The notes under the pieces: generated by a model
Told to the model about the DNA's origin: nothing
Databases searched by the model: none
Seen by the model: the letters and a program-made list of their open reading frames with translations, nothing else
Shown: positions 8,122-17,220 of the stretch, piece after piece
Layout: each line of letters begins with the position of its first letter
How positions within the stretch are numbered: position 1 is the stretch's first letter
Assembly: GCA_963823665.1 (NCBI GenBank)
Contig: CAWGMQ010000010.1
Coordinates: 832,001-896,000, forward strand
Origin: an uncultured Planctomycetota bacterium
GTDB lineage: Bacteria > Planctomycetota > Planctomycetia > Isosphaerales > Isosphaeraceae
Direction of reading: 5' to 3'
DNA length: 64,000 nucleotides
Program-made: the position numbers and the translations under genes

Positions 8122-11100
8122 TCACGGGTGAATATTCCGTCGATCCGCGCTGGGGCCGTTAGCCGCATGACCGGTGAATCTCAAGTTCAGGGCCCGAGCT
8201 GCGCGGATGCGCCGGACCAATTCGTCGAAGCCCGAGCCCGCGTGCTGGTCCGGAGTCAGTGCGTTCATGTCTCGCAAAGTATCCGTGATGCCATCAAAGA
8301 GCCGCCGAATTTCCGCGTAGGTATTCAGGTCCTCCTGGAGCTTGGTGAGGTTGTCTCCTCGCACCGTCTTGAGGGCATCGTCAAGCTCCCGAATCTCGTC
8401 CTCCCAGTGGCGCACGTAGCGTACGCGCCCGGTGGCTTTAAAGATGTTGGCGCCTGTGAGCACGATCGGCAAGATCCGCTCGCGAAAAGCCTGCGCTTTG
8501 GCGATTTCCACCATCTCGTACATGCAGTTCTCCGACTTCAAGTACTTCTCCGAGATCACCACAACAACGCACTTACCTTGTCCGATCCGCCGCATGAAAT
8601 CGCGGATCGAATCCTTGTAGCGCACTTCCTCCCGATCGCGGAGCAGCCGGATGCCGTGCTGGCCCAGCGCCTGCTGAAGCTGGTCGACAATGGCGCAGCT
8701 TTCCGGGTTCCAGGCGTAAGAGACAAACACCTCGGGCATAGCCGGGGGTGAAGGAGTCACCGGCGCGAGTCGTGGCGGCAGGAGTGCGGCCCCGTACTGT
8801 TCCTCCCGCAACGCGCCAGGCAAGACCTCACGCACCAGGCGGGCGGCGTCCACCATTTCGCCGCTGGCATGGCACTGGATTTTCTGTCCCTTTCGCGCCA
8901 TCTTCGCCAGCCTCTCCAGCGCAAATCCGTAGGGCTCCGCCTTGCCCAGGCATTCGGTGCAGGGGCAAGGTAGATAGCGTTCATACTTTAATCGAGGGAA
9001 TGACCCGTGCAGCCGCTCGAACTGGTCATCCACGATGGCCAGCAGGCCGCGCGTATCCGGGCCGTTGACACGAACCCGAATCCTCCGCTGGGTGTACTCC
9101 TCGATGATCTCCCCTCGGGTGCCATCGCGTGCCAGAACCACGCCCGTCTTCCACACCAGCTTCCCCGCATCCGCAATCAGGTGATGGATCGCCACGATGA
9201 ATCGAGTGAGGATTCCCTTGGGCATGAACTCGTACTCGTAGCGGACCACCAGGCCGCCGTCGGGTTCCCAGGGATACGGCGGCCCTTCAGACGAAAGCAA
9301 CTGTGGCGCAATAAACGACCGGTCGGCTTCGAGGGCGTAGCAAAGCTGGAACCTCATCATGAGCCGCAACAATTCGTCGTGCATTCCGGCGTATTTGGCC
9401 TCGGACCAGATGCGCTCGAGATGGCTGGGCGTGAACTGCCCGCGTGCGGCGATCACCTCCGGATCATCCAGCACGCGGTAAACCGCGTCTGTCCCCCATG
9501 ATGGCTTCAAAACAACCGTGTTCTTCAGCAAGGCATCATCCTGGAAATGAAGGCAGATGCCCAGATCGTGCAGATACCCGCTCAACTGGAGCTTGTCCTC
9601 GCGGCGGGCAAACCCGTGCCGCTCGCAGATCTCGAGGTACTCGTCGAGGCTGATATAGTCGCGCGTGTCCTGCTCGAGTGCCTCGCGCACCCGCTTCCAG
9701 GTGGCCGGCAGCCCGACGCCCACATGCGGTAGATTCTCGAGCTCTTTGCGGATGGCCGCGACGACGCGATCGAGACCGCGGTTGGTGGCCAGATTGGTAG
9801 CCAGGGCACACCGGAGGTTCGCGAATCGCGCTCGCAAGCTGCTCAAGTTGATGTCGCGCGTTCGATCCTGCTTTTCATTCTGGACGATGAGCAGCGGGCT
9901 GGCGTCGCTGAGCAATTCCACCACATGCAGCCAGTATGCGAAGTCTGTGTCCTCCTTGCGGTCGTCGCAGACGAGCACGTAGACGGAGCGCCGGGTCAGG
10001 AAGAACTGATGGGTCGCGTGGTAGATCTCCTGCCCGCCGAAGTCCCAGATGTTCACCTGGAACTCCTGCTGTAGCAGCCTCTGCTTCTCGCCTTCGCGCA
10101 GGCGGATAGCGGTGGGAAAGCAACAGCGGATCACGTCGATGCCCTCGGTGGACTTCTCGTCGTGACGCAGCTTGTAGTTCGGATCCGCAATCTTGTGAGC
10201 CAGAGATGTCTTTCCCGCGCCGGCTTCTCCGAGGATGATCAGCTTGGCCTCACATAAGTAGTCCACGCCTTTGTCGGCGCGCTGACGCCAGTAGTCGCGG
10301 ATGGCGTTCAGGCCGTTCCTGGCGACTTCTGCGGGGGGCGACTCAATAGGATTGTCATCGAAGTCGATCCATTTGAGCTCGGGAAGTCGAAGTATGTCTG
10401 CGGGAATCTCACGAATCCCGCATTTCCTCATGCCTAGATAGCTCAGCGAGACCAAACCGAAGATCAATTCCGGAATTGCGTCGAGAGGATTCCGGTCAAG
10501 GTCGAGAGACTTCAGCCGGCCGAGATTGCAAAACGAATCTGGAAGGCCAGACAGTCTGTTATCGAAGGCCGAAAATCTCTCGATGTCCAACTGCCCGATC
10601 CAATCGGGCAGGGCCAGCAGCGTGAGACCATCCAGACCCAGGTCTTTCAGTCGCCGAAACTGCCGGATCCCTTCGGGCACAGCAAGCAACCGCAGTCCTC
10701 GCAACTGCAGACTTTCCAAGGATTCCAGGTCAGCCAGCGGATCAAGAATCCTCCAGATCGTCGGGCTGTACTCAGGGTGCTCCTTACCTATGTGGAGCGA
10801 CCGACCACCGATGATGATCGAGCGAAGGCTGGTGAGCGCCTTCACCTCGTCGACCCAGAATTCTTCACCTTCCTCTAGTGCTTTCGCTTCTAGCGCCAAC
10901 GCGCCGACGTTTTTCGCGTCCAATTGAGTGCGACAGCGGATGTAAGTGCGGTTGTCAATGCCCAGGCCGGGACGGTTCGGGAGGGACTTGATTGGGCAGT
11001 CGAGCAAAATGACGGATCGCAGGTTGGGCAGATCCCAGAGTCGCTCGGGGACGGTCTGCAACCCGGTTCCAGATAGGTCGATGTGTTCCAGGTGCTCTAG

Positions 11101-11247
11101 GGCAAGGACCTCCACCGGAATCTCAGTAAGTTCTGGATTTTGACCTAGCCAGAGCGATTTGGAGTGATTGGAACGGGCAAGCCTCAGCTTCTCGGCGAGG
11201 TCGGGTGGCAAGATGCTTGTGGCCTCTCGGCTTCTCGGGGCGGGCAT
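8122..11247 (-). CDS. Prokaryotic Roco protein: LRR - Roc GTPase - COR - TIR domain
   Basis: LxxLxLxxN repeats, GEAGAGKTS, IWDFGGQEIYHATHQFFLT, COR region, and C-terminal VFVSYAW...SEKYLKSENCMYE TIR. The last ~25 codons may be frameshift read-through. Confidence 0.9.
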   Translation of the reverse strand: MPAPRSREATSILPPDLAEKLRLARSNHSKSLWLGQNPELTEIPVEVLALEHLEHIDLSGTGLQTVPERLWDLPNLRSVILLDCPIKSLPNRPGLGIDNRTYIRCRTQLDAKNVGALALEAKALEEGEEFWVDEVKALTSLRSIIIGGRSLHIGKEHPEYSPTIWRILDPLADLESLESLQLRGLRLLAVPEGIRQFRRLKDLGLDGLTLLALPDWIGQLDIERFSAFDNRLSGLPDSFCNLGRLKSLDLDRNPLDAIPELIFGLVSLSYLGMRKCGIREIPADILRLPELKWIDFDDNPIESPPAEVARNGLNAIRDYWRQRADKGVDYLCEAKLIILGEAGAGKTSLAHKIADPNYKLRHDEKSTEGIDVIRCCFPTAIRLREGEKQRLLQQEFQVNIWDFGGQEIYHATHQFFLTRRSVYVLVCDDRKEDTDFAYWLHVVELLSDASPLLIVQNEKQDRTRDINLSSLRARFANLRCALATNLATNRGLDRVVAAIRKELENLPHVGVGLPATWKRVREALEQDTRDYISLDEYLEICERHGFARREDKLQLSGYLHDLGICLHFQDDALLKNTVVLKPSWGTDAVYRVLDDPEVIAARGQFTPSHLERIWSEAKYAGMHDELLRLMMRFQLCYALEADRSFIAPQLLSSEGPPYPWEPDGGLVVRYEYEFMPKGILTRFIVAIHHLIADAGKLVWKTGVVLARDGTRGEIIEEYTQRRIRVRVNGPDTRGLLAIVDDQFERLHGSFPRLKYERYLPCPCTECLGKAEPYGFALERLAKMARKGQKIQCHASGEMVDAARLVREVLPGALREEQYGAALLPPRLAPVTPSPPAMPEVFVSYAWNPESCAIVDQLQQALGQHGIRLLRDREEVRYKDSIRDFMRRIGQGKCVVVVISEKYLKSENCMYEMVEIAKAQAFRERILPIVLTGANIFKATGRVRYVRHWEDEIRELDDALKTVRGDNLTKLQEDLNTYAEIRRLFDGITDTLRDMNALTPDQHAGSGFDELVRRIRAARALNLRFTGHAANGPSADRRNIHP

Positions 11248-11479
11248 GGCAGCTCTCCGCTGTTTAGAGTGGCGTCATTCTCGTTGAAGCAACTGCGGGG
11301 TTTCAACTGGGACTTCGGATTCCTCGTCGCCGACCGCGAACCGGGTGGCGACTTGCTCTCGCTCGGACTGCACGATCCTGGCCGGTCGCCGTTCGATATC
11401 GACGACTGGCGGCGGCGATTCAGGCCTTCGCAGGACGAAGCCATACACCCGTTTTTCGGGGTGCAGCCATGCGCCCCTC

Positions 11480-11615
11480 GCGGAAGGTGGGCGTCTTGTC
11501 GTTTGTCACACCATTCGGGGTGCAGCCATGTGCAGCCATCCACTCGCCCGTGGCGGAAGGTGGGTGTCTTGTCGTTTCCCCCGCGCCCCTGGCGGAAGGA
11601 GGGTGTCTTGTCGTT
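11480..11615 (+). repeat. Three copies of 24-bp direct repeat GCGGAAGG(T/A)GGG(C/T)GTCTTGTCGTT
   Basis: Copies at 11480-11503, 11553-11576 and 11592-11615. Nearby TGCAGCCAT is also repeated. Confidence 0.8.
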
Positions 11616-12056
11616 CGCCCCTTGACGCGAGCCGTCCAATTCGAAGGCCGTTCAACCGGCCAGGGCGATAACAGCGCTTTGATCGCCTCCGTGCCACGCG
11701 TTCTCGACCACAGGCTGCCCCACCGCCACAGTTGCGCTCGATCCACCAGCCCTGCCGATAGAGGATTCCGCTCGACATCAAGCTATTTCGTAATCCCTGA
11801 TCGCAAGTGCAATAAAGAAGGCTACTTGCAAACCATCGGAAGTCGCGTTGCCGATCCGTCGTAATCCGACAATGGTCGAGAATCTTTGAACGCGCATCGG
11901 AAATTGCGTCCGGTTTCGTGAGAATGGGATCTTACTAATAGGGATTCCCTTGGACCGGTCGACACCCGCGATGTGATGCGCAGTTTGCAGGGCGGGGTGG
12001 CACGGTTGCGTTTGGATGCCTTTAGCTCGTCGACAAATCGTACGGAGACGATACGC

Positions 12057-12656
12057 ATGGTACGCCCACGAATCGTTGGGATTGTCTTCTATGGCCTGGT
12101 TCTCGGGCTGATGGGCTGCGCGAGCGATCAGGCGAGGTATGTCTACCAGGATAGCGAGTCGGGCGTGATCGCCATCCCCAGAAACACGCCGAAAATGATG
12201 GCGAATGCCGAAAAACTGATGGAAAAGCACTTTCCCGACAAGAATTATGATGTGGTGCGCACCGTCGAAGTGGAAACAGGTGGGTCGCGATCGACATACG
12301 AATCGGACGTGACCGACGCAGCAAGCAGCCCCCTGCGCAGCGGGGTCTTGAGCGCGGTCAAGCTCAGACACGAGAGAGATCGTAAGCAGGCCGAGTCGAC
12401 AAAACTGTCCGAATGCCGCATCATTTACCACAAACATTTCCCCGGTGGTGTCGCTGGTTTAGCTTTCGCTGAGTCTCCTGACTACACCCCTAAGGTTTAC
12501 TCGGACGCGGTGGCGGAGGAACTTCTTGGGGTCACCAAGAAGACCACCCAACTCGCCAAGGCCCGCGCCAAGAACACCAAGGACGATGCCGTCCAACCGA
12601 CAGCGGGCCCGATCAAAGCGATAAGCCCCCCCAGCTTGGGAGGCAAGGGGGAATGA
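12057..12656 (+). CDS. Putative lipoprotein
   Basis: GGAG RBS, ATG 12057, hydrophobic signal and lipobox LMGC. Confidence 0.7.
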   Translation: MVRPRIVGIVFYGLVLGLMGCASDQARYVYQDSESGVIAIPRNTPKMMANAEKLMEKHFPDKNYDVVRTVEVETGGSRSTYESDVTDAASSPLRSGVLSAVKLRHERDRKQAESTKLSECRIIYHKHFPGGVAGLAFAESPDYTPKVYSDAVAEELLGVTKKTTQLAKARAKNTKDDAVQPTAGPIKAISPPSLGGKGE

Positions 12657-12817
12657 GCGGTACTGGATGCGGCGGGAATTCATCCGGCTCCAAGTCCTGG
12701 CCATTCGGGTATTCAACGATTCTCACGCGGTGCAAACGGCTCGGTTTTGCGAAATACCCTTGGTGTCGCTCCACCATGTCGGGATTGGAGACGCGGCCCG
12801 TCCCGAGCGTTTGGGAG

Positions 12818-13003
12818 TTACGCCAGTAGACGCGATGATCGAGCCTCGGCGAGCTCGTTGCCGGCCATGTCCTGGAAGGCGAGTCGCTTCCGCAGCACCA
12901 CAAAAGCTTTGCCGTCGACCAGGTAGACGTCGCGTCCGTCCTGATCAAGGATGCGGAAGTCGTCACCCAAGCAGAAGAGCTTTTGCTTCATCGCGCAACG
13001 CAT
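12818..13003 (-). pseudogene. Truncated LURP-one-related (tubby-like) protein
   Basis: MKQKLFCLGDDFRILDQDGRDVYLVDGKAF matches the family N-terminus, but the ORF stops after 61 aa. Confidence 0.6.
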
Positions 13004-13031
13004 GCTGATGCCCCTGGAATGGGTCGAGTCA

Positions 13032-14735
13032 TTATACCTTGGGCTTCAGTAGCTTCAGCCCTTGCTCGAGCACAAGGATCGCCAGTTGCGCCACGGCCTG
13101 CCCGCCGTGCCCTTCACCGAATGGAGACTCGTTCGTCGCGATCGCAATGGCCGCGCCCCGGCCAGGGCGAATGATGATCTCGGCCGTATTCAGATTGTTA
13201 CTCCCCCAGTGTGAGAAGTCATACCGGCCCTTGCCAAGAGGCGCTCCGACTGCCCAGCCCTTGCCGTAACCATTGAGCGGCTTGTGCAGGTCGCGAAACG
13301 CGGCAGCGCTCAGCAGACTGGCATGCCCCAGCTCGCCGCTCAAATGCAGTTGAGCAAACCGCGCCAGGTCGCTCACGCTCATGTGTAGCGAGCCGGCCGG
13401 CGCCATGCTGGGCGCGACATCGCCCCAAACGGGTCGCAGCACGCCCTTTTCCCGAGTGTGGCCAGAAGGCTGCGCGTCCGCACCCGGCACACCCATCGGC
13501 CCGTAGCCGGCCGAGGTGATCTCCAGTGGAGCGAATAGCTTGGTTCGAATGCACGACTCCCAGGTCTCCCGGCCCGACAGTCGATCGACGATCGCCCCAG
13601 CAATGACGTAGTTGATGTTCCGGTATTCGTGCTTGGTTCCCGGCGGGAACTCCGGTGCCTGCCGCAGCGCCTCTTGAAGCCAGAGTGTCCGCAGGTCCGC
13701 CAGGGAAACACACTTCGAGCCGTAGTCCAGCCCCTTCACGGCTTTGTCTTCCAGGCCCGTGGCCTCGTGGGCTACGAAGGAAAGCGGCATGCGTCGATAG
13801 GCCTCGTGCATCGACGTGGCCAGGTCAGGCAGCAACTGCTCAAGCGGTGTCGCCCACGTCAGCCGTTTATCCTGGATCAGCATCGCCAGCAGGGTCGATG
13901 TCATCGCCTTGGTCACCGTTCCGATGTGGAACTGGTCGGAGAGCCCGACCGGCGTGTCAGCCCCAACGTTCCGAACGCCTGCCACCGCGGCGGCCACGAC
14001 GGCGCTGGCATCGGCAACGGCGCACGCCAAGGCCGGAACGCCCGTCTTCTCACGCACGGCGGTCACCGACTTCTCCAGCCACTTGCCGAATGCGTCTTGC
14101 CCGCGCTCCTTGCGCGACGTCGGCTCGCGTTTGCGCGGCTTGGACGCGCTGACCGGCACCACGACCTGCTGGCCGTGCACGCTTTGCGAAACGAACAACG
14201 AGCTCACAGAACCCACCGCGTCATAGACCAGCGCGGCAGGCTGATAAAACGCGTCGAGTCGAGCGGGCAGCAGGCATTCAAATTGCTGTTTCTCGTCGAG
14301 CACGATCTTCAGACGCGTGCTCGCCCCGGCCGGAGATAACACCATCCTCAGCGTATGGTCCTTCGCGAAAAAGACCGCGGCATCCCATTCGGCCCAGTTC
14401 TTTCCGGGCCATGCGATTTCGTAGACCCGCAGCCTCCCGCGTTGCATGGCGACAACATAGCGCGGTCCACGGGCGCCATCCGAATTCAGCACGAGACCGA
14501 TCAGTGATCCGTCATTCAAGCGCAACGTGCCGGTGAGGGACCGGCCCGACGCGGGTGCCGTGCGCCGCGGCACGCAGCACTGATCGCTCTGTACCCGCCG
14601 AACAGCAGTCAGGATCCCTTTGTCGAACGTCCACACCGAGTCGGCCGCGGCCTGCGCGGCAGCCGCTTCGCTCCCCGCCACGCCGATCGGCAAGACGAGC
14701 CCGGCTCTCAGAAGATCGCGCCGAGTGAACCACAT
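13032..14735 (-). CDS. Tat-exported beta-lactamase-family serine hydrolase with extra N-terminal domain
   Basis: Twin-arginine signal MWFTRRDLL; FHIGTVTK, EYRNINY, PAGSLHMSVSDLARF, HWGSN. Confidence 0.8.
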   Translation of the reverse strand: MWFTRRDLLRAGLVLPIGVAGSEAAAAQAAADSVWTFDKGILTAVRRVQSDQCCVPRRTAPASGRSLTGTLRLNDGSLIGLVLNSDGARGPRYVVAMQRGRLRVYEIAWPGKNWAEWDAAVFFAKDHTLRMVLSPAGASTRLKIVLDEKQQFECLLPARLDAFYQPAALVYDAVGSVSSLFVSQSVHGQQVVVPVSASKPRKREPTSRKERGQDAFGKWLEKSVTAVREKTGVPALACAVADASAVVAAAVAGVRNVGADTPVGLSDQFHIGTVTKAMTSTLLAMLIQDKRLTWATPLEQLLPDLATSMHEAYRRMPLSFVAHEATGLEDKAVKGLDYGSKCVSLADLRTLWLQEALRQAPEFPPGTKHEYRNINYVIAGAIVDRLSGRETWESCIRTKLFAPLEITSAGYGPMGVPGADAQPSGHTREKGVLRPVWGDVAPSMAPAGSLHMSVSDLARFAQLHLSGELGHASLLSAAAFRDLHKPLNGYGKGWAVGAPLGKGRYDFSHWGSNNLNTAEIIIRPGRGAAIAIATNESPFGEGHGGQAVAQLAILVLEQGLKLLKPKV

Positions 14736-14991
14736 GGCTCGTTCTTTTCCATCGTCACAGGTGAAAGCGCTGTATCGCCGGGCGCCGATCAATGTACGCC
14801 GATCAGTGCCCCGCCGGCAATAGGACGCCTTGACGAGATCGGCAACCTTTAGGTGGAAACCGATCGAGGCTCTATCGGCCCCTAGTCGTGAAACCGCTCC
14901 TGCAATAGACTGCCTGAGAAGCGGGTGCAGTGCACCCGCTGCGCGCGTTGCTGAACCTTTGCGCGAGGCCGCAGTCATTGAGGAGATTCTT

Positions 14992-15597
14992 ATGGGAATG
15001 GAAGGATGCTTTCGTCAGGTTTCGCCGTGGTTGCTTGAACAACTGATTTCAGAACAAGCGCTTGTCGAACCATTTCTTCTGGTTGGCTTTCGTTCTTTCA
15101 TCGAGCAATCAGCACCTCAAGTGGTTGCCGCTCTGAAGAACGATGCGTTCCTCATGGAAATGGCACAAGACATGGAACTTCAGATCCGGGCGCTGGTGCC
15201 GATCGATGCGGACAAGATCATCCAGGAGGCGAGTGGGCCAGCGCTATCTCTCGACAAGAACTGGCAGGAAATCCACGAAATTCTTACTGGCAGTCCGAAG
15301 CCGAGCGGTGATTTCCTGTCGAACGCAATTTTCGGTGGGGCGGAACTTGGTTCAGATCTTGGGTACGGGCCAGCCCGGTTTCTTACTCCAGAACAGGTGA
15401 AGCAGATCTCGGAAAGACTCGATAGTGCGGAAGAACACTTCAGAACGTCTGCTAGCACTTTTGCAAAGGATGGCTTCTCTTCTCCCACGGGTGAGTTGGA
15501 GAGCATTGACTTCTATTGTGAGTTGTTTACGCGGCTTCAGGCTTTCTATCGCAAAGCGGCAGAATCCGGATGTCCAATACTTCTGTGGTTCGCGTAG
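14992..15597 (+). CDS. YfbM/DUF1877 family protein
   Basis: AGGAG RBS; MGM start, SLDKNWQEIHEILTG, DLGYGPARFLTPEQVKQI. Confidence 0.8.
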   Translation: MGMEGCFRQVSPWLLEQLISEQALVEPFLLVGFRSFIEQSAPQVVAALKNDAFLMEMAQDMELQIRALVPIDADKIIQEASGPALSLDKNWQEIHEILTGSPKPSGDFLSNAIFGGAELGSDLGYGPARFLTPEQVKQISERLDSAEEHFRTSASTFAKDGFSSPTGELESIDFYCELFTRLQAFYRKAAESGCPILLWFA

Positions 15598-15624
15598 GGT
15601 GGCCTGACACGTAGACGGGAGAGC

Positions 15625-16194
15625 GTGGCTTGCGACATGCAAGGTGAGAACAATCCAGAGGCGAGGTTTCAGCGATTCGAGTGGGTCTTGATCGGCATGG
15701 GTTCTCCAGGGGAGCGCGGGGTCGTGCTTTGGCGTGACTACGTGCGTTACGCCCAACACGACCAAGGATGGCAGCAGCCTCGCCGACGATGGTCGGAATG
15801 GGTGTATTCGGTTTACTTGCCGGAACGTCTGTGCTGTCACTCGTTTGACGAGAGCCAGCTCGAAGCGACTGGTGAGTTTGATTCGGAAGCGAATCATTTC
15901 GGTCAGCAGTTTGAGATCAGCTTCGACACGGTTAATGCGGAGGATGCGGACACAATTGAGGGATGCTATCGCGTACCGGGGCGGTTCTGGGATGTTTTCG
16001 TTTTTATCAGGAGCGACGTGTCCGAGCTTCGGCATCGCCTGGTGACCTGGGCGAGCGGCATTTTGGGCGTGCAGTTCGATGTTCCGACCGGCGTGATACT
16101 CAATAATGATTATGTGAAAGGGTCGATGGCGGATGTATTCGCGGCCGATTCATGGATCGACGCTCACGGGCCTGATTCGCTGTTGCTCAAATGA
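15625..16194 (+). CDS. Hypothetical protein
   Basis: 189-aa ORF with protein-like composition directly after the previous gene; GGAGA upstream. Confidence 0.55.
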   Translation: MACDMQGENNPEARFQRFEWVLIGMGSPGERGVVLWRDYVRYAQHDQGWQQPRRRWSEWVYSVYLPERLCCHSFDESQLEATGEFDSEANHFGQQFEISFDTVNAEDADTIEGCYRVPGRFWDVFVFIRSDVSELRHRLVTWASGILGVQFDVPTGVILNNDYVKGSMADVFAADSWIDAHGPDSLLLK

Positions 16195-16333
16195 TGAAGC
16201 GGCTCTACGGCATTTCTGCTCACTTCGTCGAGCGTCCGTTTGAGTGCCTTGTTACAAAGCGGGCTCGACTGGGGGTGCCGGGTCATTCGCGCGGGCGCGG
16301 ATATGAGGGTGTCACTGCTGGTCGCACCGTTAT

Positions 16334-17126
16334 GCGGGCCGCAGAGCGGCAAGTGCGACGTTCCGACGCGGAGCGTCGGAACGAGGAGAAGCGGCGAGGA
16401 GCGGGCCGCAGAGCGGCGGGAGCGGCGTTCCGACGCGGAGCGTCGGGACGAGGAGAAGCGGCGAGGAGCGGGCCGCAGAGCGGCGGGAGCGGCGTTCCGA
16501 CGCGGAGCGTCGGGACGAGGAGAAGCGGCGAGGAGCGGGCCGCAGAGCGGCGGGAGCGGCGTTCCGACGCGGAGCGTCGGGACGAGGAGAAGCGGCGAGG
16601 AGCGGGCCGCAGAGCGGCGGGAGCGGCGTTCCGACGCGGAGCGTCGGGACGAGGAGAAGCGGCGAGGAGCGGGCCGCAGAGCGGCGGGAGCGGCGTTCCG
16701 ACGCGGAGCGTCGGGACGAGGAGAAGCGGCGAGGAGCGGGCCGCAGAGCGGCGGGAGCGGCGTTCCGACGCGGAGCGTCGGGACGAGGAGAAGCGGCGAG
16801 GAGCGGGCCGCAGAGCGGCGGGAGCGGCGTTCCGACGCGGGAGCGTCGGGACGAGGAGAAGCGGCGAGGAGCGGGCCGCAGAGCGGCAAGTGCGACGTTC
16901 CGACGCGGAGCGTCGGGACGAGGAGAAGCGGCGAGGAGCGGGCCGCAGAGCGGCGGGAGCGGCGTTCCGACGCGGGAGCGTCGGGACGAGGAGAAGCGGC
17001 GAGGAGCGGGCCGCAGAGCGGCAAGTGCGACGTTCCGACGCGGAGCGTCGGGACGAGGAGAAGCGGCGAGGAGCGGGCCGCAGAGCGGCGGGAGCGGCGT
17101 TCCGACGCGGGAGCGTCGAACGAGGA
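16334..17126 (+). repeat. Tandem array of 12 x ~67-bp REP-like palindromic units
   Basis: Units start at 16334, 16401, 16468, 16535, 16602, 16669, 16736, 16803, 16871, 16938, 17006 and 17073. Each carries the hairpin GTTCCGACGC-GGA-GCGTCGGGAC or a close variant. Confidence 0.95.
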
Positions 17127-17220
17127 GCTCGAGCCCGATCCGTGGGAAGCGTGAGTCTTCCGCTCGCATCAGTCCTCGTCGCGCCTTCCGACTCCGCGTT
17201 TGCACGAGATGTAATGCAGC

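Noticed and set aside
11480..11615. Mini CRISPR array
   Set aside because: Gaps of 49 and 15 bp are unequal and partly repetitive.
16334..17126. CRISPR array
   Set aside because: Sequences between the hairpins are repeated rather than unique spacers, and there is no cas operon. The long ORFs across it are repeat artefacts.
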